A stretch of DNA of 39,798 bases. It comes from a virus (Duplodnaviria > Caudoviricetes). The notes beneath the pieces are model-generated. The model made no database searches. It had not been told where the DNA came from and worked only from the letters and a program-made list of their open reading frames with translations. The stretch covers positions 1 to 39,798 of the IMG/VR virus record IMGVR_UViG_3300020045_004557. One strand, given 5' to 3'. This document shows, in pieces, positions 27,593-36,166 of this stretch (position 1 is its first letter; the number at the start of each line of letters is the position of its first letter). A program made the translations under genes and the position numbers.

Positions 27593-27997
27593 TCAGTCCC
27601 GAACCGCTTGGATCAATTTCGTGAATGGATCGTACTCTGTCTTTAGCGGCACGATGTACAAACCTTCGTTGATCGTTTTATTCTCATGCTTGTCCGTAGA
27701 TTTCAGATGCTCAAGCACGGACGTACTCTTGGCTCTAAACGGTTGAAATGCGTCAGGCACTCTGTCAAACGGCTCGTAATTCAGACTACGCACAATGTCG
27801 TCGTACCGAGAATCGCCCTTTACGATAGGACGATACTTGATCACATCGCCCGCGGCTACGTGGTGATGCCCCGTCTCGCTGTGAGCAAGAATGAGTCGTT
27901 TCCCTGATTCCTCAATTTCAAGGTCAGGAATGTCGTTGACAGGTACGAGCATCATTTCGCCGTGCCGAATTGTTTGTTTTTTGTAATTAGGTTTCAT
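27593..27997 (-). CDS. His-rich partner of the DUF6745-like protein
   Basis: 'RHGEM', 'LAHSETGHHH', 'H..HE...I.EGLY', 'EYDPF...V.D'. Confidence 0.8.
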   Translation of the reverse strand: MKPNYKKQTIRHGEMMLVPVNDIPDLEIEESGKRLILAHSETGHHHVAAGDVIKYRPIVKGDSRYDDIVRSLNYEPFDRVPDAFQPFRAKSTSVLEHLKSTDKHENKTINEGLYIVPLKTEYDPFTKLIQAVRD

Positions 27998-28071
27998 TTG
28001 TTTCTCCTTTTCGAATTTATATTCCCTCTGCCGCCTCTCCGCGTGTTACGCCGCCGCTTCCTTAATCCACC

Positions 28072-28575
28072 TCAATTCGCGTGATCGCATTTCACCACGC
28101 CGCCCTCGACAAACCGGAAACCGCCGCCGTGACAATGTTGGCAGATGGATTCGGCGTTTGCTCCGAGCGTGCGGCCTGCGTCGATCTCGCGTTGTCGCAA
28201 TTCTGCTTTAAGTCCAAATGAACCTGTCCATTGCGACACCAAAAGCGTTGCATCCATCTGCGGCGGCTGTTCGCCTTTCTGCAATTTTGATTGACGAACA
28301 TCAAACCCACGTTGATAAAGTTCGGGATAGGCCATAACTGGTATTTGGTAATGATTCAGCATTTCGCTCCAAGTTCGTATCGTTTGGTCAAGTTCCTGTG
28401 CCGTGCGAGTCTGCCAACCGTTAAGCATCCGGGATTTGTTGATAAGAGCGAATAGAGCTGCGTGTTCAATTGGTGAAATTACTTGCTTCGCGTTCTTCCC
28501 ACTCTCGATAGAACTTTGCTGATTCGTCAAGGACTTCTGCATCAGTTCGTTTGCCGTTTGTGTTATTTGCTCCAT
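28072..28575 (-). CDS. Replication partner (helicase loader/inhibitor-like) with C-terminal Zn motif
   Basis: Follows the initiator. 'CQHCHGGG...KCDH'. Confidence 0.55.
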   Translation of the reverse strand: MEQITQTANELMQKSLTNQQSSIESGKNAKQVISPIEHAALFALINKSRMLNGWQTRTAQELDQTIRTWSEMLNHYQIPVMAYPELYQRGFDVRQSKLQKGEQPPQMDATLLVSQWTGSFGLKAELRQREIDAGRTLGANAESICQHCHGGGFRFVEGGVVKCDHAN

Positions 28576-29266
28576 TTGTACCTCTCGCATTCAAGATCCA
28601 ATTATTCCAAGTCAGCCGCCAATCTAGTTTAGTTGCCACACGACCGGACGCGGCACGAAAGTAGTTCACGAACTTTTCAGTTTCTAGAACAAGATCGACT
28701 TCCGGCCTCCGAGCCTTTCCCCATTCCTTCATCTCCTGGGTCAGCAGGAAAACGTCTGGAATCCTTGATCCTTTTTTTCGTGGTGAAGCCGCTTGCGGCG
28801 TCTCTTCTTTTGCTTCTGTATCTGTCTTCTGTGTCTGCTTCTGCTTCTGTATGTCGTTACTGAGCGTTTCAGTAACGCTTTCTGTTACAACGTTACCAAC
28901 GGCTTTAGCCTTTTCTCGAAACCGCCGTACCCGTTCGCGCGTCTGTATTCGCTGTTCTTCATCGTCTCGACGTTCGCGGAATTTCTCATAATTGAGTAAC
29001 AACCAACCACCGTCAATTTCGGCTATTCGTCGCCCCTCATAATCCTTTGTACGACTGTATTCATCGGGCGAAAGGAATACTTGCAACGCCTCCAAGCATT
29101 CATCAATAGACACTTTTGCAGAGTCAGCGAGTCCCGGTATAGACGCTAAAACTTGACCGTGGCGGTCTGACATGGCGAGCATTGTGATCCACACCACTTT
29201 TACGTGCATTGGCTCACGCCACACGGTCGAGTGAATAATGTCGGCAAATAATTTACTAAATCCCAC
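28466..29266 (-). CDS. Replication initiator (replisome organiser-like)
   Basis: 'FSKLF..I..STVW', 'RERVRRFR', 'KKGSRIP', 'FVNYF...KLDWRLTWNNW'. The GTG at 29266 fits the promoter. Confidence 0.8.
   Translation of the reverse strand: MGFSKLFADIIHSTVWREPMHVKVVWITMLAMSDRHGQVLASIPGLADSAKVSIDECLEALQVFLSPDEYSRTKDYEGRRIAEIDGGWLLLNYEKFRERRDDEEQRIQTRERVRRFREKAKAVGNVVTESVTETLSNDIQKQKQTQKTDTEAKEETPQAASPRKKGSRIPDVFLLTQEMKEWGKARRPEVDLVLETEKFVNYFRAASGRVATKLDWRLTWNNWILNARGTNGANNTNGKRTDAEVLDESAKFYREWEEREASNFTN
28855..28896. promoter_or_regulatory. Putative origin iterons inside the initiator gene
   Basis: Four (C/T)GTTAC copies, including a 9-bp inverted repeat CGTTACTGA / TCAGTAACG. Confidence 0.55.
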
Positions 29267-29273
29267 AATCATA

Positions 29274-29301
29274 ATTGTAACAGATTTGCGTTACTACGCA
29301 A
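29274..29301 (-). promoter_or_regulatory. Initiator promoter with an overlapping palindromic operator
   Basis: TTGCGT-16-TACAAT. Palindrome TTGCGT-n4-ACGCAA at 29286-29301. Confidence 0.6.
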
Positions 29302-29326
29302 TAAGAAAAAATAAAAAAAACATCAC

Positions 29327-30361
29327 TTAGGCTGCCACGTCAAAATCTAATTGTCGCACTATGCCCTCATTCTTAAATCGCTCGTGAGCGGTTTTCAAAT
29401 TGATTAACAGTTGTTTGTAATAGCTGTCTTTCAGCTCTATACCAATCGCCTTGCGGTCTAAACTGACAGGGCTGTAAACCTCACTACCTACACCTGCAAA
29501 CGGCGTTAACACTACTTCGCCGGGATTAGAATACAGTTCGACAAGCCGATCTATCACGTCGAGTTGCAGCGGATGTACGTGTTTTTCGTCGTCCTCTTCG
29601 CGGCTATCCTGGAATGGTAAAACGTTATCAATACGAATATCATCCCAAACGCTTGACGCATAACGTTGCCAAATGTAATGACTCAACTTGTTCGTCTGAG
29701 GATCATCGTGTAAAGCATATTTTGTGTTCAAGTGTTCCCAAAAACTAGCCTCGTTAAAGTTGGAGTCATTCGCGTTATTGTATGCCCGAAGGATATTTGG
29801 CAAGATCGGAGTTTCGCCAAAGTATCGCTTAAAGCCGTGAGGGTGTGTAACCGGAACGGCGTTCTCTCCGGCCTTTGTAAATATCAACACGTAATCAGGC
29901 ATTGCCGTAAAACACTTGGTAGAATCTTCGACGATAAACTTGTGCATCAGACTTTGCACCATTGTCCGCATCCGAACCTTTAATGGTTCTTTCCAAATCG
30001 TTATTCGATTGCGGTAATGAAAACCGTGCTTTTCGTGTAGCCTGACAATCTCGTGCGGAAAATCCCAAAGGAAGCACCGATTGTCGTGGATATCTGTGCA
30101 ATGCACTGCCGTGATCCGTCCTGGCTTTGTAATCCGGCCCATTTCTGCAATAAGAAATTCATATTGATCTAAAAATTGTTCTTTAGATTCACAGTTTGAA
30201 AAATCTGCGTCAGAGCTGGAATATTGAAACAGTCCGGCAAACGGCGGCGAATATATAGATAGATCAATCGAATCCGCATCTAGTGTCGGTAACACTTCCA
30301 TACAATCGCCGTTATACACTGCATACTCATCTGTAATAGTTTGTTGTTTTACGTTATTCAT
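29327..30361 (-). CDS. Amino (N4-C/N6-A) DNA methyltransferase, beta-type motif order
   Basis: 'SIYSPPF', 'KHVHPLQL', 'VLTPFAGVGSE', 'GIELK'. Confidence 0.9.
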   Translation of the reverse strand: MNNVKQQTITDEYAVYNGDCMEVLPTLDADSIDLSIYSPPFAGLFQYSSSDADFSNCESKEQFLDQYEFLIAEMGRITKPGRITAVHCTDIHDNRCFLWDFPHEIVRLHEKHGFHYRNRITIWKEPLKVRMRTMVQSLMHKFIVEDSTKCFTAMPDYVLIFTKAGENAVPVTHPHGFKRYFGETPILPNILRAYNNANDSNFNEASFWEHLNTKYALHDDPQTNKLSHYIWQRYASSVWDDIRIDNVLPFQDSREEDDEKHVHPLQLDVIDRLVELYSNPGEVVLTPFAGVGSEVYSPVSLDRKAIGIELKDSYYKQLLINLKTAHERFKNEGIVRQLDFDVAA

Positions 30362-30363
30362 AT

Positions 30364-31794
30364 TTATCCTAAAAAAGTTGGCTTGATAATTGGCTGATCG
30401 AATGCTCGTTTTTGGATTTCGTACACGCTGTTTACATTACGAGATAGGTTTGTAAACATTTCATCTGCTTTTGCTTTTTTTACTTGCAAACTGTCCATAA
30501 CCCGCGTCTGACCGTCCGACAATATCAAGTCAACGTGTACGTCCCGCTTTTGACCAAACCGCCAGAACCTCCGTATCGCCTGATAATATTGCTCGTAGGA
30601 ATATGTCGGAAAATAGGTAGTGTGATTGCAGTGTTGCCAGTTCAAACCGAACGCAGTGATCGAGGTTTTTGTAATTAACTTTTTCACTTGCCCACTCGAA
30701 AAGGCCATTAACATCTCTTCTTTTTTATCAATGTCCATTTTGCCTTGTATCTCAACACAATCAGGATCAAGTTGACCTATAAGCTTTCCTTCATCATTCA
30801 AGTTGACCCAATAGACAGACGTTTCGTGGTTGGCTGCTAACTCAACGGCTTTCTCGCATCGCTCTTTTAGTGTTGCTCGTGTTTCAGCTTTCAGTTCAAA
30901 GAAATTAACAGCCGGTTCGTTGAACATTCGTGGTTGATTATCGACCACTAACGGCGTTTTGTTTGCGACCACGTATTGATTTTCTACCAGATCCGGCAAT
31001 ACATATTTTTCATCACTGAAGCCCATATCACTAGGCTTGCGAATTGAGATCGACCATTGCGATACCCATTGCCAGAAAGCAGTCTCAGCGTGAGGTTTGA
31101 GATACCATTCGGCCCCAGCATTCGCAAGTGTGCGAGCTGTGGCTTTTACCGTGTTGTCATTATTATTCTTAAAGAATCGGGACAACATATCGGTATAGCC
31201 CAAATACCCTAATGCCTCGGAACTCGTGCCAAGTTCAATATAGTCATTCGGGCTTGGCGTTGCCGTTGCCAAGAACCGATACTGTGTTTTCTTAACAAAT
31301 GCCGTGATCTTATTTTTCGTAGCACCTTCAAAGTTTTTCAAAATTGAGGATTCGTCAGCAATGACTGCGACAAAATCATCAGGCTCAAAATAGTGCAATC
31401 GTTCGTAATTGCAGATCACGATCTTTTTCGTATGCTTGCCGTCCTTGGAATATTCAATATCATCAATACCTAATTTCTCAGCCTCGATAAGAAACTGAAA
31501 CGCGACCGCCAACGGAGTCATAATTAACACACGTTTATTTGTTCGTTCAATGATGTTCTTTGCGATCGCGAGTTCAATCAAAGTTTTCCCCAATCCAGTA
31601 TCAGCAAAAATTGCACAACGACCTTTCTTTACTGCTTTTGTGATAATGGCCTGCTGAAAGTCAAAGGCGATCTCGGGAACATAGGTAACATCGAATCCCT
31701 CATTGATAACCGAATGACGCTTACGTTCTAAAAACGCCGCGTATTCGTCTATTTTCCCTTTAGTCATATCGTGCATAAAATTCTCATCGTTCAA
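30364..31794 (-). CDS. SNF2/SF2-like helicase
   Basis: 'ADTGLGKT', 'DESS', 'TATPSPND', 'FGLNWQ', 'QAIRRFWRFGQ'. Confidence 0.9.
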   Translation of the reverse strand: MNDENFMHDMTKGKIDEYAAFLERKRHSVINEGFDVTYVPEIAFDFQQAIITKAVKKGRCAIFADTGLGKTLIELAIAKNIIERTNKRVLIMTPLAVAFQFLIEAEKLGIDDIEYSKDGKHTKKIVICNYERLHYFEPDDFVAVIADESSILKNFEGATKNKITAFVKKTQYRFLATATPSPNDYIELGTSSEALGYLGYTDMLSRFFKNNNDNTVKATARTLANAGAEWYLKPHAETAFWQWVSQWSISIRKPSDMGFSDEKYVLPDLVENQYVVANKTPLVVDNQPRMFNEPAVNFFELKAETRATLKERCEKAVELAANHETSVYWVNLNDEGKLIGQLDPDCVEIQGKMDIDKKEEMLMAFSSGQVKKLITKTSITAFGLNWQHCNHTTYFPTYSYEQYYQAIRRFWRFGQKRDVHVDLILSDGQTRVMDSLQVKKAKADEMFTNLSRNVNSVYEIQKRAFDQPIIKPTFLG

Positions 31795-32032
31795 TCCGTT
31801 TCGCCTGATACCGTATCTTAGCCGCTGCCAACTTCCGCTCGCGATTCTTTTGATAATATTCTCGATGATAATACCGCCGTTCAGGATGCTTTAAGGGCGG
31901 CTTATTGCTTTGTGTACAGGCCGCACAGTATCGCATTTCGTCTTTGTGGTTGCGTACCGACTTCTCAAGTTTGCGGATCTCATTTTGCATCTCGCGGATC
32001 GTGTTCAATCGTGTATCGCAGAAGAGGCACAT
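31784..32032 (-). CDS. Small Cys-motif basic protein
   Basis: CxxC twice and 'REYYQKNRE'. Confidence 0.6.
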   Translation of the reverse strand: MCLFCDTRLNTIREMQNEIRKLEKSVRNHKDEMRYCAACTQSNKPPLKHPERRYYHREYYQKNRERKLAAAKIRYQAKRIER

Positions 32033-32033
32033 A

Positions 32034-32330
32034 TTAAACTCTTTCTCTTTCTAAATACTCTTTTACGAATACACTTTCCCCGCCGATTGGCATCGTTCCC
32101 AATATCAACGTCTGCATATATGCGTCTTTGGCTTCCTGTTTGAGTTCCGCTTTCGGCTTTTCGCATACCTTGAGGCATTTTTCGGCTTCTTGCATTGAGT
32201 AATGCAAGTTCAAGCAAATCGGGCATTCGTATCGTTCAGGATTTTCTCTACAGCACTCACGCGCCTGTAATTCACTTTCGTATGCATCGCGGCATCCCGG
32301 ACAAACGTACATTGTTCGTATTCGATTCAT
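32034..32330 (-). CDS. Small zinc-finger protein
   Basis: 'YVCPGC...ECC', 'YECPIC...KC'. Confidence 0.65.
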   Translation of the reverse strand: MNRIRTMYVCPGCRDAYESELQARECCRENPERYECPICLNLHYSMQEAEKCLKVCEKPKAELKQEAKDAYMQTLILGTMPIGGESVFVKEYLERERV

Positions 32331-32704
32331 ATCTGCCCCTTTAGCACTCGTGCTATCATCTCGCCGTTATACTTATCCTTCGTCGCCGTCGCACAGAACG
32401 CCGCCAGACGGTTCTTTTCGAGTTGCGATAACCCCACCTGTGTTTTCAAGAATCGCATCGCTTCTGCCGCATCCTGGGCGAAACTAACGGGCACTGTGGT
32501 TTCTGCAATGAACCGTAATTGCTTCGTCGTATAGGTGCGTCTGCCAGTCGGCTTGATCTCGATAAAACCAATGAAGCCTGTTCTCTTGAGGCGGCACAAA
32601 ATATCGAGCGGTTTCATTATCTCGATCACTTCGACACCTTGAGAGCGAATATCGTTAACAAGCTGTGTATGGCTTGCGTCTCGTTTTTGAGCGTAGTGGT
32701 TCAT
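32327..32704 (-). CDS. PD-(D/E)XK nuclease (VRR-NUC / resolvase-like)
   Basis: 'KRDASH', 'PLDIL', 'FIEIK', 'T.KQLRF'. ATGA overlap with the HNH gene. Confidence 0.7.
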   Translation of the reverse strand: MNHYAQKRDASHTQLVNDIRSQGVEVIEIMKPLDILCRLKRTGFIGFIEIKPTGRRTYTTKQLRFIAETTVPVSFAQDAAEAMRFLKTQVGLSQLEKNRLAAFCATATKDKYNGEMIARVLKGQI

Positions 32705-33297
32705 TGGACATGCCCCCAAGTCTTACCCAAATGAATACAAGATATACACACTGAACTAACCCCATACTTTTTAGATACCGATGTCTGTGTAATGCCTTGT
32801 GCAAGCATCGCCCGAATGTCGGGAATATCTTTTTCTGTTAGTTTGGAAATTGAGATCTTAGACCCACGAAGAGCATGATGACGACCTCGATCCTTCATGT
32901 CATTCATATTGTCTTGATGACTGCCTTCCCGAAGGTGTAAGGGGTTAACACATAAACGGTTATCACAGGAATGCAAGACAAACCGATCCGGCATTCGCCC
33001 GTGGGCGGCCATTGCAAAACTTAATCTGTGGGTTAGAACCGATTTCCGCTCAACTTTTATACGCCCGTAGCCCGCAAGTCGGTTCTTGCCTGTCCACAGC
33101 CAGCATGATTCGGTTTTTTGCACTTGCGCCCAAAAGCGTTCTTCTAAGGTCGGTCTCGCCTTGTCTGCGGTTCCCCACTTCATCCAACGTTCATAATGGG
33201 TGTGACAAAACCCACGAGCGCGATATTTATTGGGACACCCGTCAATGGAACACGTTTTGCTTTCGGAATTAGAATTAGGTAGGCTTTGGTTAGCCAT
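32701..33297 (-). CDS. HNH homing-type endonuclease with C-terminal HTH
   Basis: 'CWLWTG', 'HRLS', 'VLHSCDNRLCVNPLHLREGSHQDNMND'. GGAGG site supports a start near 33297. Confidence 0.9.
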   Translation of the reverse strand: MANQSLPNSNSESKTCSIDGCPNKYRARGFCHTHYERWMKWGTADKARPTLEERFWAQVQKTESCWLWTGKNRLAGYGRIKVERKSVLTHRLSFAMAAHGRMPDRFVLHSCDNRLCVNPLHLREGSHQDNMNDMKDRGRHHALRGSKISISKLTEKDIPDIRAMLAQGITQTSVSKKYGVSSVCISCIHLGKTWGHVQ

Positions 33298-33328
33298 CAT
33301 TGACCTCCAACTAGGTTGATTTTGGTTA

Positions 33329-33373
33329 GGGTCGGCAACCATTCGCGTGGTTGTTTGACCCGAATACATTTTA
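33329..33373 (-). promoter_or_regulatory. Extended -10 promoter and hairpin upstream of the HNH gene
   Basis: TGA-TAAAAT followed by a GGGTC...GACCC stem. Confidence 0.45.
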
Positions 33374-33408
33374 TCATTAAACCCCTGCATAATCAACGAT
33401 TTAGAACC

Positions 33409-33690
33409 TTAAAATAGCCTACCCTGTGGCGTTACCGGCAACGCTCGATACAACGATTGACGCCTATTCGTGACCTTGTAATTAACGACGCCTTTCTGTC
33501 GCAGATCCCGCAATATCCTGTCTGCACTTGCTGGGGCAATATAGCCATTGACACGTTCCGCAACATATCGCCTCATATCGTCTGCGTGAAATTCCTGATT
33601 CAAATGATCGCCAAGAAACGCCTCGATGTGATGCCCGATCTGGCTCCGCACCCGGTTGATTTGGTCTAATTGTTCGGTCATTCTAAACAC
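33409..33690 (-). CDS. Small winged-HTH-like protein
   Basis: 'APASADRILRDLRQKG.V.Y'. Start may be slightly downstream. Confidence 0.6.
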   Translation of the reverse strand: MFRMTEQLDQINRVRSQIGHHIEAFLGDHLNQEFHADDMRRYVAERVNGYIAPASADRILRDLRQKGVVNYKVTNRRQSLYRALPVTPQGRLF

Positions 33691-34484
33691 CCCTTTTCAA
33701 TCATTCGTGTAATGATTGCTTCGATCACGTTGACGGTCATTGCGTTTCCCGTCGTCTTGTATCGCTGCGTATCGCTTACCTCCCGAACCTCTGAGCCATA
33801 CAACCCGTATTGTGAATAATCGTCTGACAACCCTTGAAAACGTTCATGTTCTATTGGTGTTAGCCGTCTAACCGTTCGTTTGTCAAAATCTAATATCAGC
33901 CGGTCGAGGTCTTGCCGGTCGAATGCGTTCACTCCACGAGTGTCAAGGCATCCTGATAGAGACTTATTTCGTCCTCGTAAAGACTGTCGCTCTGATATCT
34001 CCTCAAGATTCCAGTTATCGCCTTCCTCGATAGAAAGTATTTCTTGGGAACATTCGTTTGCAGCGTGTCCGATAAAGAAGGCCCGCTCCCTGTTCTGGCA
34101 AACCCCGTAGTCTTTCGAATTAAGAACAGCGATTTCCACGAAATAATCGAGGTCGGCGAGAATCCCAAGAATTGTGGAGATAGTTTCTCCGTTGTTGTGA
34201 CTAACCAGACCGCGAACGTTTTCGAGTAGAAAATGTGCCGGTCTTTTGTGTGATAGAATCCGTGCGATCTCAAAAAACAAAGTGCCTCGGGCGTCATCAA
34301 AACCTTGTCGTTTTCCAGCAATTGAGAAAGCCTGGCAAGGAAAGCCCGCGATGAGAAAGTCGAAGTCGGGAAGCCCGTCTGGAACAATCTTGGTTGCGTC
34401 TCCGTAGTTCCGGTGATTTCTGTGGTAACGATAGATGGCTTCAGCGTACCGATCGATCTCGCTGAAGCCGATGCACTCAAGCAT
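33678..34484 (-). CDS. dcm: C5-cytosine DNA methyltransferase, catalytic part lacking motif I
   Basis: 'SEID', 'GFPCQAFS', 'ENVRGL', 'QNRER', 'RRLTP', 'GNA'. Confidence 0.88.
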   Translation of the reverse strand: MLECIGFSEIDRYAEAIYRYHRNHRNYGDATKIVPDGLPDFDFLIAGFPCQAFSIAGKRQGFDDARGTLFFEIARILSHKRPAHFLLENVRGLVSHNNGETISTILGILADLDYFVEIAVLNSKDYGVCQNRERAFFIGHAANECSQEILSIEEGDNWNLEEISERQSLRGRNKSLSGCLDTRGVNAFDRQDLDRLILDFDKRTVRRLTPIEHERFQGLSDDYSQYGLYGSEVREVSDTQRYKTTGNAMTVNVIEAIITRMIEKGCLE

Positions 34485-34678
34485 TCGTTGCCCCCCCCAA
34501 TACGAGATGCGGCGAAGTCTGTAGGCAAAACATCACGCCGTCCGACATCAGCAATCCCGAACCGCCCTGATGCGCCGTTGGACGTGAAGGGCTCCGTGGA
34601 TTCATATTGATTACGATAGGCTTGCTCAATTCCTTGCTCTCCTGTGCCGATGCCGCTGAACATACTGAAATACTTCAC
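33929..34678 (-). CDS. C5-MTase motif I fused to the overlapping alternative-frame polypeptide
   Basis: Starts 'MKYFSMFSGIG' (FxGxG) with an AGGAG site. Ends with 'SLSDTLQTNVPKKYFLS..AI.GILRR'. Confidence 0.75.
   Translation of the reverse strand: MKYFSMFSGIGTGEQGIEQAYRNQYESTEPFTSNGASGRFGIADVGRRDVLPTDFAASRIGGGNECLSASASARSIGTLKPSIVTTEITGTTETQPRLFQTGFPTSTFSSRAFLARLSQLLENDKVLMTPEALCFLRSHGFYHTKDRHIFYSKTFAVWLVTTTEKLSPQFLGFSPTSIISWKSLFLIRKTTGFARTGSGPSLSDTLQTNVPKKYFLSRKAITGILRRYQSDSLYEDEISLYQDALTLVE
34491..34498 (-). repeat. G8 homopolymer at the frame junction of the C5-MTase
   Basis: Eight C on the + strand. Adding one base fuses motif I in frame with 33678-34484. Confidence 0.9.
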
Positions 34679-34791
34679 CGCTCCTTCCTACTCCCCCGCA
34701 CCACGGCAACCGCCGCGAGAACGACCGCGATGGCTAGGCCGATGGGCAATGCAAACAATAAATTGTTTTGTATGAATTTTGGTGTGCTCAT
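34675..34791 (-). CDS. 38-aa single-TM peptide; not in the ORF track
   Basis: MSTPKFIQNNLLFALPIGLAIAVVLAAVAVVRGSRKER. ATGA and GTGA overlaps at its two ends. Confidence 0.6.
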   Translation of the reverse strand: MSTPKFIQNNLLFALPIGLAIAVVLAAVAVVRGSRKER

Positions 34792-35198
34792 TTTTCCCTC
34801 GTTCCAATGATCGCCGCTGTCGGGTAATGTGCCGCAGCCCGATGTGCTTCCCGCTTATGTGGAAACAACCCACCATTTTTATTCCCCGGCGTCGGATTCG
34901 CATAATACGTGCTTCGCCGTTTTTCGATGAAGTATCGCGTCGGCAAAATCTGCCAGCTGTGATGCACGTCCGCGATCAAGTCTAATGCATCTGCTACCCA
35001 ATGCTGCGGTATGTTCTCATTGCCGCCTACCGCAAGACGGATCTCGCGTATCGACAATGGATGTTTTGCTCGACTGAGCACCGCATCGACCTTTTTGACA
35101 TAGGCTAGGAACGGTGCACTTTCGCGGTAATCATTCGGTGCATCATCATTCCATAGCGGCGATAGTATGCTTGCTCCGTTGGCTGTTTTGTATGACAT
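34788..35198 (-). CDS. Hypothetical protein (possible wHTH)
   Basis: 136 aa, translationally coupled. 'PLSIREI'. Confidence 0.6.
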   Translation of the reverse strand: MSYKTANGASILSPLWNDDAPNDYRESAPFLAYVKKVDAVLSRAKHPLSIREIRLAVGGNENIPQHWVADALDLIADVHHSWQILPTRYFIEKRRSTYYANPTPGNKNGGLFPHKREAHRAAAHYPTAAIIGTREK

Positions 35199-35641
35199 TA
35201 GTTGAGTTCTCCATTCGTCAACTGTTTTTGTGTTGACTCGGTGAAGCGTTGAAACATCGTTTGTTGTGTTGTGTTATCAAAAACATACGGCATAAAAACC
35301 TCTGCCATTTGAGCTTGTTGTGATTCGACAATAGCTAGTTGAGCTTCCGTCCAATCCTTGATGATTCGCCACGCCACGCGGCGAGCTTGTTGTATGTTTT
35401 GCTTGGAATAGGGAACACCGCTTTTATATTTCGACAAGGCTTTTAAGACGCCCTCAGCATTGCACGGAAGCCGAAAATGAACAGGCTGTTCACAAAAGAT
35501 AATAGTAAAAGTTAAAGCACTCGGATTGCCGTCCGCATAATCAATAGCGACCGACTTTGCTCCAGCTTTCGCAAGAATATTTTGTACCTCGCCCGCGGTT
35601 TTACCTGCATCAATGCTTGTTGTGTAGTTTAATATCGCCAT
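35198..35641 (-). CDS. Phage hypothetical protein
   Basis: 'MAILNYTT', 'QARRVAWRIIKDW', 'EVFMPY'. Confidence 0.8.
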   Translation of the reverse strand: MAILNYTTSIDAGKTAGEVQNILAKAGAKSVAIDYADGNPSALTFTIIFCEQPVHFRLPCNAEGVLKALSKYKSGVPYSKQNIQQARRVAWRIIKDWTEAQLAIVESQQAQMAEVFMPYVFDNTTQQTMFQRFTESTQKQLTNGELN

Positions 35642-35759
35642 AATCTTTGAAAATTACGGGCGATCATCGAACCGCCCGCCACCAGTGGACACGTCCGTGT
35701 CACTCTTTTGCCCCTGACGTGTCCGGTGTTTTCTGGAGAACGGGGCAGACGGAAAATTG

Positions 35760-36068
35760 CTACTTCCCTAATATCTTCTTTAGCGTCCAAAGTTCGGGAT
35801 AGAGATAAGCCGTCAGTCCGTCGTATAAGCAACAAGCCGCGACTAAGAAACAAATCCCGATGGCAGCCCATTTCACTATAGCTAAAAGTGCTTTGTCGTC
35901 ATCGTGTCTATCATATTTCGATATTTGAACGTAAGCCACTATTGCGAGACTGCTAAAGACGACGCACATTGCAAAGTTAAACATTGCTGATAACTGAGCT
36001 CCTGCGGATAGCGTTTCTACCGCAATGCCTGCTTTCGTCGCTAGTTCTGATAGATTTTCTGTACACAT
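35760..36068 (-). CDS. Two-TM membrane protein
   Basis: Two hydrophobic segments. Start moved to ATG 36068 (AAGGG site). Confidence 0.65.
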   Translation of the reverse strand: MCTENLSELATKAGIAVETLSAGAQLSAMFNFAMCVVFSSLAIVAYVQISKYDRHDDDKALLAIVKWAAIGICFLVAACCLYDGLTAYLYPELWTLKKILGK

Positions 36069-36166
36069 AATTTTCCCTTTAATCTTTTTGCGAGGCGGCA
36101 AATTCTCACACCCACCGCCCCGCGTTCCGGTCGAGAAACGCAAATTAAAGCGACCGGAAACTTATG

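Noticed and set aside
32701-33396. Group I intron or intein around the HNH gene
   Set aside because: The HNH is free-standing between intact genes and no interrupted host gene is visible.
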